Shown: positions 20,578 to 29,409, counted from the first letter of the whole stretch. The stretch: DNA of 63,975 bases, filler included, from Candidatus Woesearchaeota archaeon (GCA_023266675.1; 5 parts of 5 records of this genome joined end to end with filler, not necessarily neighbours in it), one strand, 5' to 3'. Made by a program: numbers and translations. Notes: generated by a model from the letters alone, not told the origin.

Positions 20578-21024
20578 TTAATTCTTTGTTTTTACAATTA
20601 AATCAAACATTTCACTTTCAAGATAATATGCCCGCTGATTGTTCTCAAGCTGAATAAAAGAAAGCTGAATACCTTTTTTTATAATACTTTGAATCTGAGA
20701 TTTGATTGTATTATTTGACTTTGAAAGTTGTGATGCAAGATCTCCATAAGTGTATTTCTTGTTTTTTGAAACTGTAAAAATATGAAGTATTTCTTTTTCT
20801 GAGACTGTAAGATTTGACTTTGCATCCTCAACTTTCTTGATTAAATTGTTTTCTGATTTTCTTTCATTAAAAATTGATGCGTCAACAGGTTTTTGCTGTT
20901 CAATTAATTGAAGCCTTTTTTCAATATGAAGTATTTTTTCAGTTAATTCCTGATTTTCTTTTCTTATTTTTAGAAATGCCCGCCGTAAAAGTTCATCCCG
21001 GTTATTATCACTTTCAAACCCCAT
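20578..21024 (-). CDS. Coiled-coil plus winged-HTH DNA-binding protein
   Basis: LTVSEKEIL...TYGDLASQLSKSNNTIKSQIQSI HTH followed by a wing ending RAYYL. Confidence 0.75.
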   Translation of the reverse strand: MGFESDNNRDELLRRAFLKIRKENQELTEKILHIEKRLQLIEQQKPVDASIFNERKSENNLIKKVEDAKSNLTVSEKEILHIFTVSKNKKYTYGDLASQLSKSNNTIKSQIQSIIKKGIQLSFIQLENNQRAYYLESEMFDLIVKTKN

Positions 21025-21086
21025 AAGATTAGTTTGCCAACATTATATATAAATCTTATCAAAAATAAGAAAATAATTCATAATCG

Positions 21087-21183
21087 GTCGTTTAAACGAT
21101 GAAGTTAGTCGTTTAAACGGCATTTTTTGTCGTCTATAAATTCTTAGTCGGTCGTTTAAACGGCAGTTTAAACGATTAAACGG
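21087..21183. repeat. Phased palindromic GTCGTTTAAACG repeats (iteron-like array)
   Basis: Copies at 21087, 21108, 21129 (degenerate) and 21151, plus partial copies at 21166 and 21176. Confidence 0.85.
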
Positions 21184-21319
21184 CATAAAATTATGAATTA
21201 TAATAATTATGTAAAAAATCATTAAAATAACATGTTTAAAAACAGAATATTTTGGGGTATAATTGTATAAAAGATTATGTAATAAAAAGTAAAAGATTGA
21301 AAAAAATAAGAAAAAAAGT

Positions 21320-21380
21320 AGCTCAGCAGTTACTATCCGTTCATCATCCATATTCAGCTGGGGATAACTTCCTCATCGCT
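21320..21380 (-). ncRNA. Box C/D methylation guide sRNA 1
   Basis: Minus strand reads AGCG-ATGAGGA(C)-AGTTATCCCCAG-CTGA(D')-ATATGG-ATGATGA(C')-ACGGATAGTAACTG-CTGA(D)-GCT, with an AGC/GCT terminal stem and an oligo-T terminator. Confidence 0.85.
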
Positions 21381-21464
21381 TCAATCAGTATTAATTATAT
21401 AGAATATAAGTGTTTGTTTTTTAGTTATAAAAATAACAATTATGAATGGCAGTCTTGGAAGATT

Positions 21465-21540
21465 TGCACTCGCTCAGCAGTTACTTCCGTTTGTCACAGG
21501 CATGGCCTCGAATGGTGTTCACTTCTCTCATTGCAAGTCT
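21465..21540 (-). ncRNA. Box C/D methylation guide sRNA 2 (degenerate internal boxes)
   Basis: ATGAGAG (C), guide AAGTGAACACCAT, TCGA (D'), GTGACAA (C'-like), ACGGAAGTAACTG, CTGA (D). D guide nearly identical to sRNA 1. Confidence 0.65.
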
Positions 21541-21623
21541 TGCACTTCCTTAAATTAAGAATGATTTTTTAGTATATAAGCGTTTAGATATCAAAAGATA
21601 TTAATAGCTATAATATGAAAGAT

Positions 21624-22631
21624 TCAGATTATCTGAAAATCAACGCATATCCTGTATACTTTCGGAGCATGTTGTCCGCACTTTACAAGGGTTAGTATTT
21701 TATATTTCATATTATTTTTACTGCATGCTTTTTCTATCTTTTTATATGCCAAATCAAACTCTTTTTCGTTTAAGAAATCATAAAAATGAATTATTGTTCC
21801 TTTTTTTGATGCTGATAAAGCGGAATCTAAGAAATCCTCAGCAGATTTTGGAAGAGGCATGAGTATCCTGTCAAAATGTTTCTTTAACTTTGGAACTTCA
21901 ATTTTTACGTCCCCGTTTATTAAAGTGACATTTTTTATCTTATTCAATTTTATGTTTTCAAGCCCGTATTTATGCCCCTCTGGATTCATTTCTATACCTA
22001 TTATCGATTTTGCCTTCGTATTTTTTGACAAAACACATGGATAAGGCGCTGCTCCAGAGAACATCACAAGTATGTCCTCTTCGGATTTGACAAGTTCAGA
22101 TATTCTTTTTCTTTCAGTTGAAAGACGCGGTGAAAAATAAACTTTTTCAACATTAATTTTAAGCCGTACATTATTTTCTTTATGAATTGTTTCCTTCTTA
22201 TTTTCACCGGCAAGATAAATCATCTTTTGAGTTCGAAAATCACCTTCATGAACCCCTCCTTTCTTTAGAACAGTCTTTATGGTCTTGTTTGACTTTAGAA
22301 GTGCGTCGGCAATTAATTTTTCTTTTTTTTCAAGCTCCCTGTCAACTTCTATTATTGCTATGTCTCCTACATGATCATATGCTGTCTTTAAGGATTCTAT
22401 CTCTTCACTTGTAAGTTTTATTTTTAGAATATCAGCAAATGACTTTTTTTTCTCAGTCTTTTTGAATTTTTTTTCAAAAATACTGTATTCTGAGTCAAAC
22501 TTTTTCTTAATTGGAAGATATATGAACCCTTCTTCTTTTATAAGATCATAATCTGTGTCTAAATTATCTTTTTGCAAGAGCTCTCTTCTTGCTTTTTCAA
22601 CATCTTTCAAAGGAACTCTAAGTGCATGCAT
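21624..22631 (-). CDS. trm5: tRNA (guanine-37-N1)-methyltransferase, Trm5/Tyw2 family
   Basis: GDIAII, YFSPRLSTER, MFSGAAPY, RILMPLP. Confidence 0.85.
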   Translation of the reverse strand: MHALRVPLKDVEKARRELLQKDNLDTDYDLIKEEGFIYLPIKKKFDSEYSIFEKKFKKTEKKKSFADILKIKLTSEEIESLKTAYDHVGDIAIIEVDRELEKKEKLIADALLKSNKTIKTVLKKGGVHEGDFRTQKMIYLAGENKKETIHKENNVRLKINVEKVYFSPRLSTERKRISELVKSEEDILVMFSGAAPYPCVLSKNTKAKSIIGIEMNPEGHKYGLENIKLNKIKNVTLINGDVKIEVPKLKKHFDRILMPLPKSAEDFLDSALSASKKGTIIHFYDFLNEKEFDLAYKKIEKACSKNNMKYKILTLVKCGQHAPKVYRICVDFQII

Positions 22632-22716
22632 GTTTGTTAAAAGAAATTTTACCTTTATTTAAAGTTACCTTTAGAATATAATAAGATATGAAGAAGGAAT
22701 ATTAATTAAAAAAATG

Positions 22717-23751
22717 TCAAAAAAATTCCCCAAGACCTTTTTGTGCCTGCTTTTCAGTGCTTTTTTCAATTTTATCAAGTGCAGAATTCACTCGCTCTAG
22801 CGAAAAATCATGCTCATTTACAAGCATCTCTATAATTTTATCTCTTTGTACTTTGCCAAAAGAAATATTATAAACATCATTGACTTTTATATTCTTTATT
22901 GTACTGTATACTTCCTGCCATGAATAATCAAAATGCTCATCCCACTTTGCATCATTAAAAATTTCTTCTAGATTATTTTTATGCTTAGTTACAAGATCAT
23001 ATGCTTTTTTAGGACCAATTCCTTTTATACCTCCAATATTATAGTCTGTACCAACAAGCATCGCCAGTGCAATCAATTGATCCTGATTAAAATTAAGTTT
23101 TTCAAGATTTGTTTTAAGTGTAAATAATTCCGGCTGCACGGTTTCATACGCTAATTTTCCTGAAAGCTTTTTTTTACCTGTTATCGCCAAATTTTTTACT
23201 ACATAAGGTGCCCCAAAAATAAGCGAATCTGTATCTTGAGAAACAACTGCATAAGCCTGCCCTTTCTTGACAAGATACGCTGCCTGCGCTTCACCTTCTG
23301 ATGCTGCCTGAACTATCGGAAGCCCGAGATACTCTATAATTTTTTTTGCCTGTTCAACCATTTCCGGTGTAAGCATTGATGTACGTTTTGCAAACTTTTT
23401 CATGTCTTCAACATTTTCATCAAGAACCGCTTTTTCATATTCTTTTTGAGCTTCAATTTTCAGATTTTTTCTTCTTTCCCGTTCCTTATTTTTTAATTCC
23501 GGAACAATACCATCAAAAACAAATATCGGCTTTAAACCTTTTTCCATAAAATTTGTTGTACGAAAAAATAACCCTGTAATATGACTTGTGACTCTTCCTT
23601 TTGAATCCTTAAGCGGCGTTCCATCCTGCTGCCTTATTGTTGAAAGAAACTGATAAAGCATATTATATGTATCAATTGCAAGTATTTTTCCTGAAAGCTT
23701 CTCGACAGTTATTGATTCGGATGTCAATAAAGAAGTTATTGCCGTTCCCAT
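22717..23751 (-). CDS. fen: Flap endonuclease 1
   Basis: AIDTYNMLYQFLSTIR, EGEAQAA, SQDTDSL, GTDYN, PIP box QKGLGEFF. Confidence 0.97.
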   Translation of the reverse strand: MGTAITSLLTSESITVEKLSGKILAIDTYNMLYQFLSTIRQQDGTPLKDSKGRVTSHITGLFFRTTNFMEKGLKPIFVFDGIVPELKNKERERRKNLKIEAQKEYEKAVLDENVEDMKKFAKRTSMLTPEMVEQAKKIIEYLGLPIVQAASEGEAQAAYLVKKGQAYAVVSQDTDSLIFGAPYVVKNLAITGKKKLSGKLAYETVQPELFTLKTNLEKLNFNQDQLIALAMLVGTDYNIGGIKGIGPKKAYDLVTKHKNNLEEIFNDAKWDEHFDYSWQEVYSTIKNIKVNDVYNISFGKVQRDKIIEMLVNEHDFSLERVNSALDKIEKSTEKQAQKGLGEFF

Positions 23752-23753
23752 TT

Positions 23754-24659
23754 TTACCTGAAAAAATCAAGTATTTTTTTAAAAAGCCATTTCTTTGGTT
23801 TTTCTTTAATGTTGTTTTTAGACTTATTTTTTCTGGCCTTCATTTCTTTTTTCTTGATTTTATGAATTTTAGGTTTTTCTTTTATTTTATGTTCTTGTTG
23901 TCTCTTTTTTTCTGATACTTTTTGAGGTTTATGATCTTTTTGAACTTTGATTTTACTAATTATATCTACTTTCTCCTTAGCTTCCTCATCTTCAAATGCC
24001 TCAATTTCCTGTTCATTATATGTTTCTAGAATTATTTTTTTTGTATCATCTTTTTGATTGTATATTTCTATATTATCATTTGATATAATTAATTCTTCTT
24101 CTGCTTTTTCTTTTTTCTTTAGTGTTTTTTCTTCATTAATATTTTCTTCAACAAATAACTCTTTTCTTTCAGTATCCTCTTGCTTTTCCTCATCATCTAT
24201 TGGTATTGTTAAAATTATTTCTTTTACCATATCTTCGGCTTCAGAAAGCGAAGTCATGTACCATTTCCAGAATATTTCATCCTGTCCATGGACTGAAACT
24301 ACAAGAGGTATTGAGAAATCCTTTATTACTCTTAATGAAAGCCTAACATGAGTTGGGACATCATAATCCCTCAATATTTTTTTCTCTTTTAAAAGATTAA
24401 ATGAGTACCTGTCATTTTCATTAAGATATTTTTCAAGTGTCTGAAGCCTTTCTTCCTGACCTTCACAGAAGTATGCCGGAGAGCCTCCAACCTTTGTATT
24501 TGAAACAAATATTTTTCCTGAATCCTTTAACTGCATTAAAACTGCTCCAACGATAAACGTATCACCACCAACTTCCTTAACAACTTCTCTTGGTATAACT
24601 GGACCGTTTTTTTGGATTATCTCTAGAATTCTTGGTCTTAAATCAATCTTTGTATCCAT
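23754..24659 (-). CDS. Hypothetical protein with N-terminal wHTH-like domain and charged tail
   Basis: ILEIIQKNGPVIP...VGGSPAYF; acidic then lysine-rich C-terminus; stop 2 nt before the fen start. Confidence 0.75.
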   Translation of the reverse strand: MDTKIDLRPRILEIIQKNGPVIPREVVKEVGGDTFIVGAVLMQLKDSGKIFVSNTKVGGSPAYFCEGQEERLQTLEKYLNENDRYSFNLLKEKKILRDYDVPTHVRLSLRVIKDFSIPLVVSVHGQDEIFWKWYMTSLSEAEDMVKEIILTIPIDDEEKQEDTERKELFVEENINEEKTLKKKEKAEEELIISNDNIEIYNQKDDTKKIILETYNEQEIEAFEDEEAKEKVDIISKIKVQKDHKPQKVSEKKRQQEHKIKEKPKIHKIKKKEMKARKNKSKNNIKEKPKKWLFKKILDFFR

Positions 24660-24711
24660 TACTACTCTTAAATAAATTCAAATATTTAAAGTTTTGTAAA
24701 GAAAGAGTGAA

Positions 24712-25323
24712 TTATGGTCTGGTCCACTTAATTTCGTAGTAAGTTACGTCTCCTTCTGAGTCTGCAATACCAATTAGAAGCCTTTTCTTAGTTGAGTGAG
24801 CAACCCTGTTTTTTGCCGCAAAATCGTACCAAGTCATTGCATCTGTTTCATTTACCGGGTAGAGTACCCATTTTGCATGGTCTTCACCAGGCTTAACTCC
24901 TCGGTCATATACTCTAAAATCAGCGCCGAATTTCAATGCAGTCTTAACTATATATCCTCGTTCTCGCATATCCTTAAAAACTTTGTATCGTGTAAAAAAG
25001 TTTTTTTCCTTTTTCTGGGCTTTTTTTAGAAATTCTTCAAGCGTAACTATCTTTTTTCCTGAATAAATCTTGATCTTTTCTTTTTCAAGTAGGTATAATG
25101 ATTCTATGAATGAAAGCTCAACTTTTTTTTGATGAATACCGCCAAATCTGCTTAATGCATATAGCTCTCTGGCTGGGTCTGAGTCTTCAGTCAATACCGT
25201 ATCATCATGAAGATGCGCTTTGACAAACGTTTTTTCTTTAGATTCTTTCTTTGGCTCTTTGATAATCTCAGATAATTTTACAGTTTCAATTGTTTGGACT
25301 TCTTTAGCTTTATCTTTTACCAT
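24712..25323 (-). CDS. endA: tRNA-splicing endonuclease
   Basis: ESLYL, GYIVKTALKFGADFRVY, HAKW, RVAHSTKK (catalytic Y/H/K). Confidence 0.95.
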   Translation of the reverse strand: MVKDKAKEVQTIETVKLSEIIKEPKKESKEKTFVKAHLHDDTVLTEDSDPARELYALSRFGGIHQKKVELSFIESLYLLEKEKIKIYSGKKIVTLEEFLKKAQKKEKNFFTRYKVFKDMRERGYIVKTALKFGADFRVYDRGVKPGEDHAKWVLYPVNETDAMTWYDFAAKNRVAHSTKKRLLIGIADSEGDVTYYEIKWTRP

Positions 25324-25366
25324 AATATGTAAGAACGCTTATTTGCTTAAAAACGTTGCGATTGAG

Positions 25367-25502
25367 GAGTATTATTAAAAAGTTACCCTACTACATCTCG
25401 TTACGTAAAAATACTTCACTCGATTTCGTCTGGCCACGCCATTATTTGCTATGCAAATAATGGCTAATAATGGCACAGACGGTTAACTTTTCAATAACGC
25501 AA
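25367..25502. mobile_element. MITE-like structured repeat, family A copy 2
   Basis: Same terminal repeats and internal stems as 11030-11164; flanks ATTGAG/ATTGAT in the same register. Confidence 0.75.
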
Positions 25503-25577
25503 ATTGATGGTTTTAATGATAATAATTATGATTAGTTATAGGAAGCTTTTAAATAATGGACAAAACTTCTTATTCAT

Positions 25578-26477
25578 ATGAAAGATATGGAAATAACATT
25601 TTTAGGAACAAGCGGAATGATGCCTACAAAAGACAGGAATCAGACAGGAATACTTTTTAGCTACGGCACTGAAAACATACTTTTTGACTGCGGAGAAGGC
25701 ATGCAGCGCCAACTTAAGATTGCGGGAATTTCAATAATGAAAATAACAAAAATCATGATAAGCCATTGGCACGGAGACCACGTTCTTGGAATACCAGGGC
25801 TCATACAGACAATCTCTGCTATGGACTATAAAGGAAAACTAAAACTGTACGGACCAGTTGGAACAAAAGATAGAATTACAGCGATACTCAACGCGTACAT
25901 CTTTGAAAATAAGCTTGATTATGAAATCATTGAAATAAGTGAAGGTGTGATTGTTGACAATGAATATTTTACTGTGGAAGCATATGCGCTTGAGCATAAC
26001 ATCGACACATTTGGATTTAGAATAGTTGAGAAAGACAAGCTTAAGATAAAAACTTCATACACTGAAAAACTCGGAATTCCTGATGGACCGCTACTTGGAA
26101 AACTTCAAGATGGAAAGGATATTGAATTCAAAGGCAAAAAAATACATTCTAAAGACGCAACAACAAAAGTTGAAGGAAGAATAATCGGAATAATAATTGA
26201 TACGCTTTTTTGCTCAAACTGCATAAAAATAGCCAAGGACGCAGACTTATTGATTAGCGAAACAACATACGATTCAAGCCTTGAAGAAAAAGCCACAGAA
26301 TACAAGCACATGACTGCAAAACAGGCAGGATTAATCGCTTCTCAAAACAATGTAAAAAAGCTTGTGTTATTCCATTACAGCCAAAGATACAAGACGTCTG
26401 ATATAGTATTTAATGATGCGAAGGAAGTTTTTGACAACACAATCGCTGCTTATGATTTTATGAAAGTGAAGTTATAA
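25578..26477 (+). CDS. rnz: Ribonuclease Z
   Basis: FLGTSG, DCGEG, SHWHGDHVLG, exosite GIPDGPL, HYSQRY. Confidence 0.95.
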   Translation: MKDMEITFLGTSGMMPTKDRNQTGILFSYGTENILFDCGEGMQRQLKIAGISIMKITKIMISHWHGDHVLGIPGLIQTISAMDYKGKLKLYGPVGTKDRITAILNAYIFENKLDYEIIEISEGVIVDNEYFTVEAYALEHNIDTFGFRIVEKDKLKIKTSYTEKLGIPDGPLLGKLQDGKDIEFKGKKIHSKDATTKVEGRIIGIIIDTLFCSNCIKIAKDADLLISETTYDSSLEEKATEYKHMTAKQAGLIASQNNVKKLVLFHYSQRYKTSDIVFNDAKEVFDNTIAAYDFMKVKL

Positions 26478-26500
26478 AAATATACTATTTTCTTTTTTCC

Positions 26501-26575
26501 AAAAAATTTATAACAAGGGGATACTAAAAAATTTATAACAAGGGGATACTAAAAAATTTATAACAAGGGGATACT
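26501..26575 (+). repeat. Perfect 25-bp tandem triplication containing a BRE/TATA-like element
   Basis: AAAAAATTTATAACAAGGGGATACT three times. Confidence 0.95.
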
Positions 26576-26587
26576 ATTACTCATAGA

Positions 26588-26809
26588 ATGAAGATTAAAG
26601 CACAAATTATAATTTTAATTATTTCATTTATCATAGCGTTAATTACTTTCATAATATTTTATCCAATTATCATTTATTGCCCATTAAATGCATTATGTTC
26701 TCCAATAGCATGGTATGCACCATTTTCTTTTTTTGGAATTATTTGGATAATTTCTTATACTATTTGTTATATAGCATATTTACTAACTAAACTTTTTAAT
26801 AGAAAATAA
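26588..26809 (+). CDS. Small two-TM membrane protein
   Basis: Two hydrophobic helices around a C-x5-C loop. Confidence 0.6.
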   Translation: MKIKAQIIILIISFIIALITFIIFYPIIIYCPLNALCSPIAWYAPFSFFGIIWIISYTICYIAYLLTKLFNRK

Positions 26810-26877
26810 TAGGACATTATAATTCCAAGATTATATAAATTATATTATTAACGTCTAAAAAATAAGATATAATTAAC

Positions 26878-27090
26878 TTATTTTAATGCAAGAATTATGT
26901 CTGATGACTTTATTGTTCTTCGCCCAGCATGAACTGAATACTTTACTGCTTTTTCAGAAACTTCTTTTGCGAATATCTCAAGCTCTTCCTTAAGCGCTTT
27001 TTTTGCTGGACCTGAAACCCTTAGCGCCCCGCAGTCTTTCATTATTTTTCCCATAGCAGCTAGTGGAAGAAGTTTTTTAACCATATTCAT
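26878..27090 (-). CDS. Archaeal histone
   Basis: LPLAAMGKIMK...RVS...HAGRRTIKSSDI histone fold. Confidence 0.92.
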   Translation of the reverse strand: MNMVKKLLPLAAMGKIMKDCGALRVSGPAKKALKEELEIFAKEVSEKAVKYSVHAGRRTIKSSDIILALK

Positions 27091-28208
27091 TCATCTTTTT
27101 TCATATAAATTATGCGTGTTGGAAATGGTATTCCAATCTTATTCTTTCTTAAGGTTTCATAAATTAGATTTGTAGCTTCATCTTTTGCAGTAAGTCTTTT
27201 GTTGTAATGATCAACAAAAAATCTTGCCTGAAAATTTAAAGATGATTCTGCCATCTGAACGAATACTACATCAAGATAGGTATCTGGATTTTTTGATGGA
27301 ATTAATATATCTTTAAGCTTACTTAACTCTTTTTCAATTATTTCTTTTACTTTTTTTGGGTCTGAGCCGTACTCAACTGAGAAATCAACAACGACCCTTG
27401 CTTTTGGCCCTGGCTGGGCAAAATTCTGGACAACCATGTTTGAAAGCTGCCCGTTTGGAATTATCAAAAGTTCATTGTCTGGCGTAAGTACCCTTGTTGA
27501 CCTTATGCCTATATCCTGTACTACACCAAGTATGTCAGTTCCTGCCTTTATCATGTCGCCTTTCCGAAAAGACTGGTCGATTATAAGCTGAATTCCACCA
27601 AATATATTTGCTATTGTGCTTTGAAGCGCAAATCCAAGAACTATTCCTGCAACTCCAAGTGATGCAATGAATGGACCAACTGAGATCCCCCATTGGGAAA
27701 GCACGAATATTAGCGCTAGAATTATGAAAAAGATGTTTGTGAATCTGTGAAAGAGTGAAAGAAGCGTATCATCAATGTCAGACTTTGTCTTCTTTGCGAA
27801 TTCATGCCCCCACTCCTCGATTATTATATTTACTATTTTTGCCGCTATAAAAATTATAGTTACAACTATTAGCGAGTATGTTATGCTTATGAAAAACTTT
27901 TCTATGGCTAAAGGTAGTATGAGCGGGAAAAGCGCAACTCTTAATCCAAAAAATATTACAAGAAGGTAAAATGGCTTTTTTGTTCGCTCAACAATCAAGT
28001 CGTCTACTTTGGTTTTTGTTTTCTTTGCAAAGTGAGCCATTACTTTTTCAAAGATGAAATAAACAATTTTTGCAACTATGAAAGATGATGCTATTACAAG
28101 AAAAAAGACTATAACTGAGTTAAGCATAACATTATCCATTATATGGACCTTTGAAAGTTCATCAAATATCTGAGACATCTCAGTGTAGTTTCCTGCGTAA
28201 ATCCCCAT
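27087..28208 (-). CDS. mscS: Small-conductance mechanosensitive channel
   Basis: LGFALQSTIANIFGG, GVVQDIGIRST, IPNG, IGIPFP; start refined to MGIYAG. Confidence 0.93.
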   Translation of the reverse strand: MGIYAGNYTEMSQIFDELSKVHIMDNVMLNSVIVFFLVIASSFIVAKIVYFIFEKVMAHFAKKTKTKVDDLIVERTKKPFYLLVIFFGLRVALFPLILPLAIEKFFISITYSLIVVTIIFIAAKIVNIIIEEWGHEFAKKTKSDIDDTLLSLFHRFTNIFFIILALIFVLSQWGISVGPFIASLGVAGIVLGFALQSTIANIFGGIQLIIDQSFRKGDMIKAGTDILGVVQDIGIRSTRVLTPDNELLIIPNGQLSNMVVQNFAQPGPKARVVVDFSVEYGSDPKKVKEIIEKELSKLKDILIPSKNPDTYLDVVFVQMAESSLNFQARFFVDHYNKRLTAKDEATNLIYETLRKNKIGIPFPTRIIYMKKDE

Positions 28209-28260
28209 ATTAAATGTTAATGAATAGGGGTTTAAATATCTATTGAAAAAATGTTTTTTA

Positions 28261-28402
28261 GGCAAGTAATAAGTCTGCCAAGCGAAATTACAGAAATATA
28301 ATTCGATAGTACTGCGTTCCCGTAGGGAGCTTCCCCTCGCAACGCACATGATTAATTTATAAAAAGAAATTTCACACAAAGGCAGACGACTTATTACTTA
28401 CC
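28261..28402. mobile_element. MITE-like element, family B
   Basis: Terminal inverted repeat GGCAAGTAATAAGTC/GACTTATTACTTACC, TTTTA on both flanks, nested internal stems. Confidence 0.65.
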
Positions 28403-28446
28403 TTTTAGGCAAACTTTTAAAAATACACCCTTATTTCTGTGATATT

Positions 28447-28857
28447 ATGGAAAGCTATGAAGAAATGCTGACAAAAGCAAGAAGCGAACTGCCTGAGGAT
28501 ATAGGAAAGTCAGACAGATTTGTAGTGCCAAAGGTAATTGGGCACATCCAAGGTAATAAGACAGTAATCTCCAACTTTATAGGCATAGCGCAGACAATTG
28601 GACGACCAGTTGAGCATCTTTTAAAATTTATAAACAGGGAAATGGCTGCACTTGGAGAAGTCAAGAAAACGCTTGTAATTTTCAACACAAAGCTTTCAGC
28701 AACAAAGATGAATGAAAGAATCCAGATGTACGTTGACAACTTTGTCATATGCAGAACATGCTCAAGACCTGACACAAAACTCCACAAGGAATCCGGCGTC
28801 ACAATAATGACATGCCAAGCCTGCGGTGCAAGACACTCGATTGCTAGTAAGATATAG
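28447..28857 (+). CDS. eif2b: Translation initiation factor 2 beta subunit
   Basis: YEEML...RFVVP, GNKTVISNF, zinc ribbon CRTCSRPDT...CQACGA. Confidence 0.95.
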   Translation: MESYEEMLTKARSELPEDIGKSDRFVVPKVIGHIQGNKTVISNFIGIAQTIGRPVEHLLKFINREMAALGEVKKTLVIFNTKLSATKMNERIQMYVDNFVICRTCSRPDTKLHKESGVTIMTCQACGARHSIASKI

Positions 28858-28902
28858 AAAGAATTCTAATAGATTTATATATAATTAAAATATTATTAAA
28901 TT

Positions 28903-29409
28903 ATGAACAATAATGAAAGTTCTGGTCTATCTGAAAAAGATGGGAATTATAGATATAATATGATTAAAGGAAGGATTGCTGAAACTTTAATCGAAGAATT
29001 ATTCTTATCTCTTGGTTATGATGTATTTAGGTATGGAATGGAAAACACCGTACCAGGTATAACTAAATTATTAAAAGATGTTAGAAGTGATGTTGCCGAT
29101 AATATTAGAAGAATGCCTGATTTTGTTGTAAAAAGAGATAATAAAGTATTTTTTGTAGAAGTAAAATTTAGAGCAAATGAAACTTTTTCAATAAAAGATT
29201 TACCAGAAAAATATCCATTTGTAAATTGTTATTTTATTATTGTTTCAAAAAGACACATAAAATGTATCACGTATGGTGAACTCGAAAAAGGAGAAAAAAT
29301 TACACCAGAGGATAAAAAATACTTAGGATATAGAGAAGAATTTGATTTAAATAAAAAAATAATAATAGACTTCTGTGATTTTGCACTTTTATTTTTTAAA
29401 GAGGTTTAG
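28903..29409 (+). CDS. PD-(D/E)XK nuclease-fold protein
   Basis: KGRIAE...MPDFVV...FVEVKFR. Confidence 0.7.
   Translation: MNNNESSGLSEKDGNYRYNMIKGRIAETLIEELFLSLGYDVFRYGMENTVPGITKLLKDVRSDVADNIRRMPDFVVKRDNKVFFVEVKFRANETFSIKDLPEKYPFVNCYFIIVSKRHIKCITYGELEKGEKITPEDKKYLGYREEFDLNKKIIIDFCDFALLFFKEV

Noticed and set aside
21087..21183. Possible CRISPR array
   Set aside because: Repeats are 12 bp with about 9-10 bp between them, far too short for repeat-spacer units
21043..21572. ORFs 21043-21351 (-) and 21252-21572 (+)
   Set aside because: They translate the repeat array, AT tract and sRNAs; RLN repeats come from CGTTTAAAC; no protein-like features
26501..26575. Possible mini-CRISPR
   Set aside because: Head-to-tail repeats without spacers
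28209..28379. N-terminal extensions in the ORF track for mscS (also flpA, nop5, padR, 44894 gene)
   Set aside because: They run through promoters, repeats or neighbouring genes; downstream ATGs fit family starts and TATA spacing
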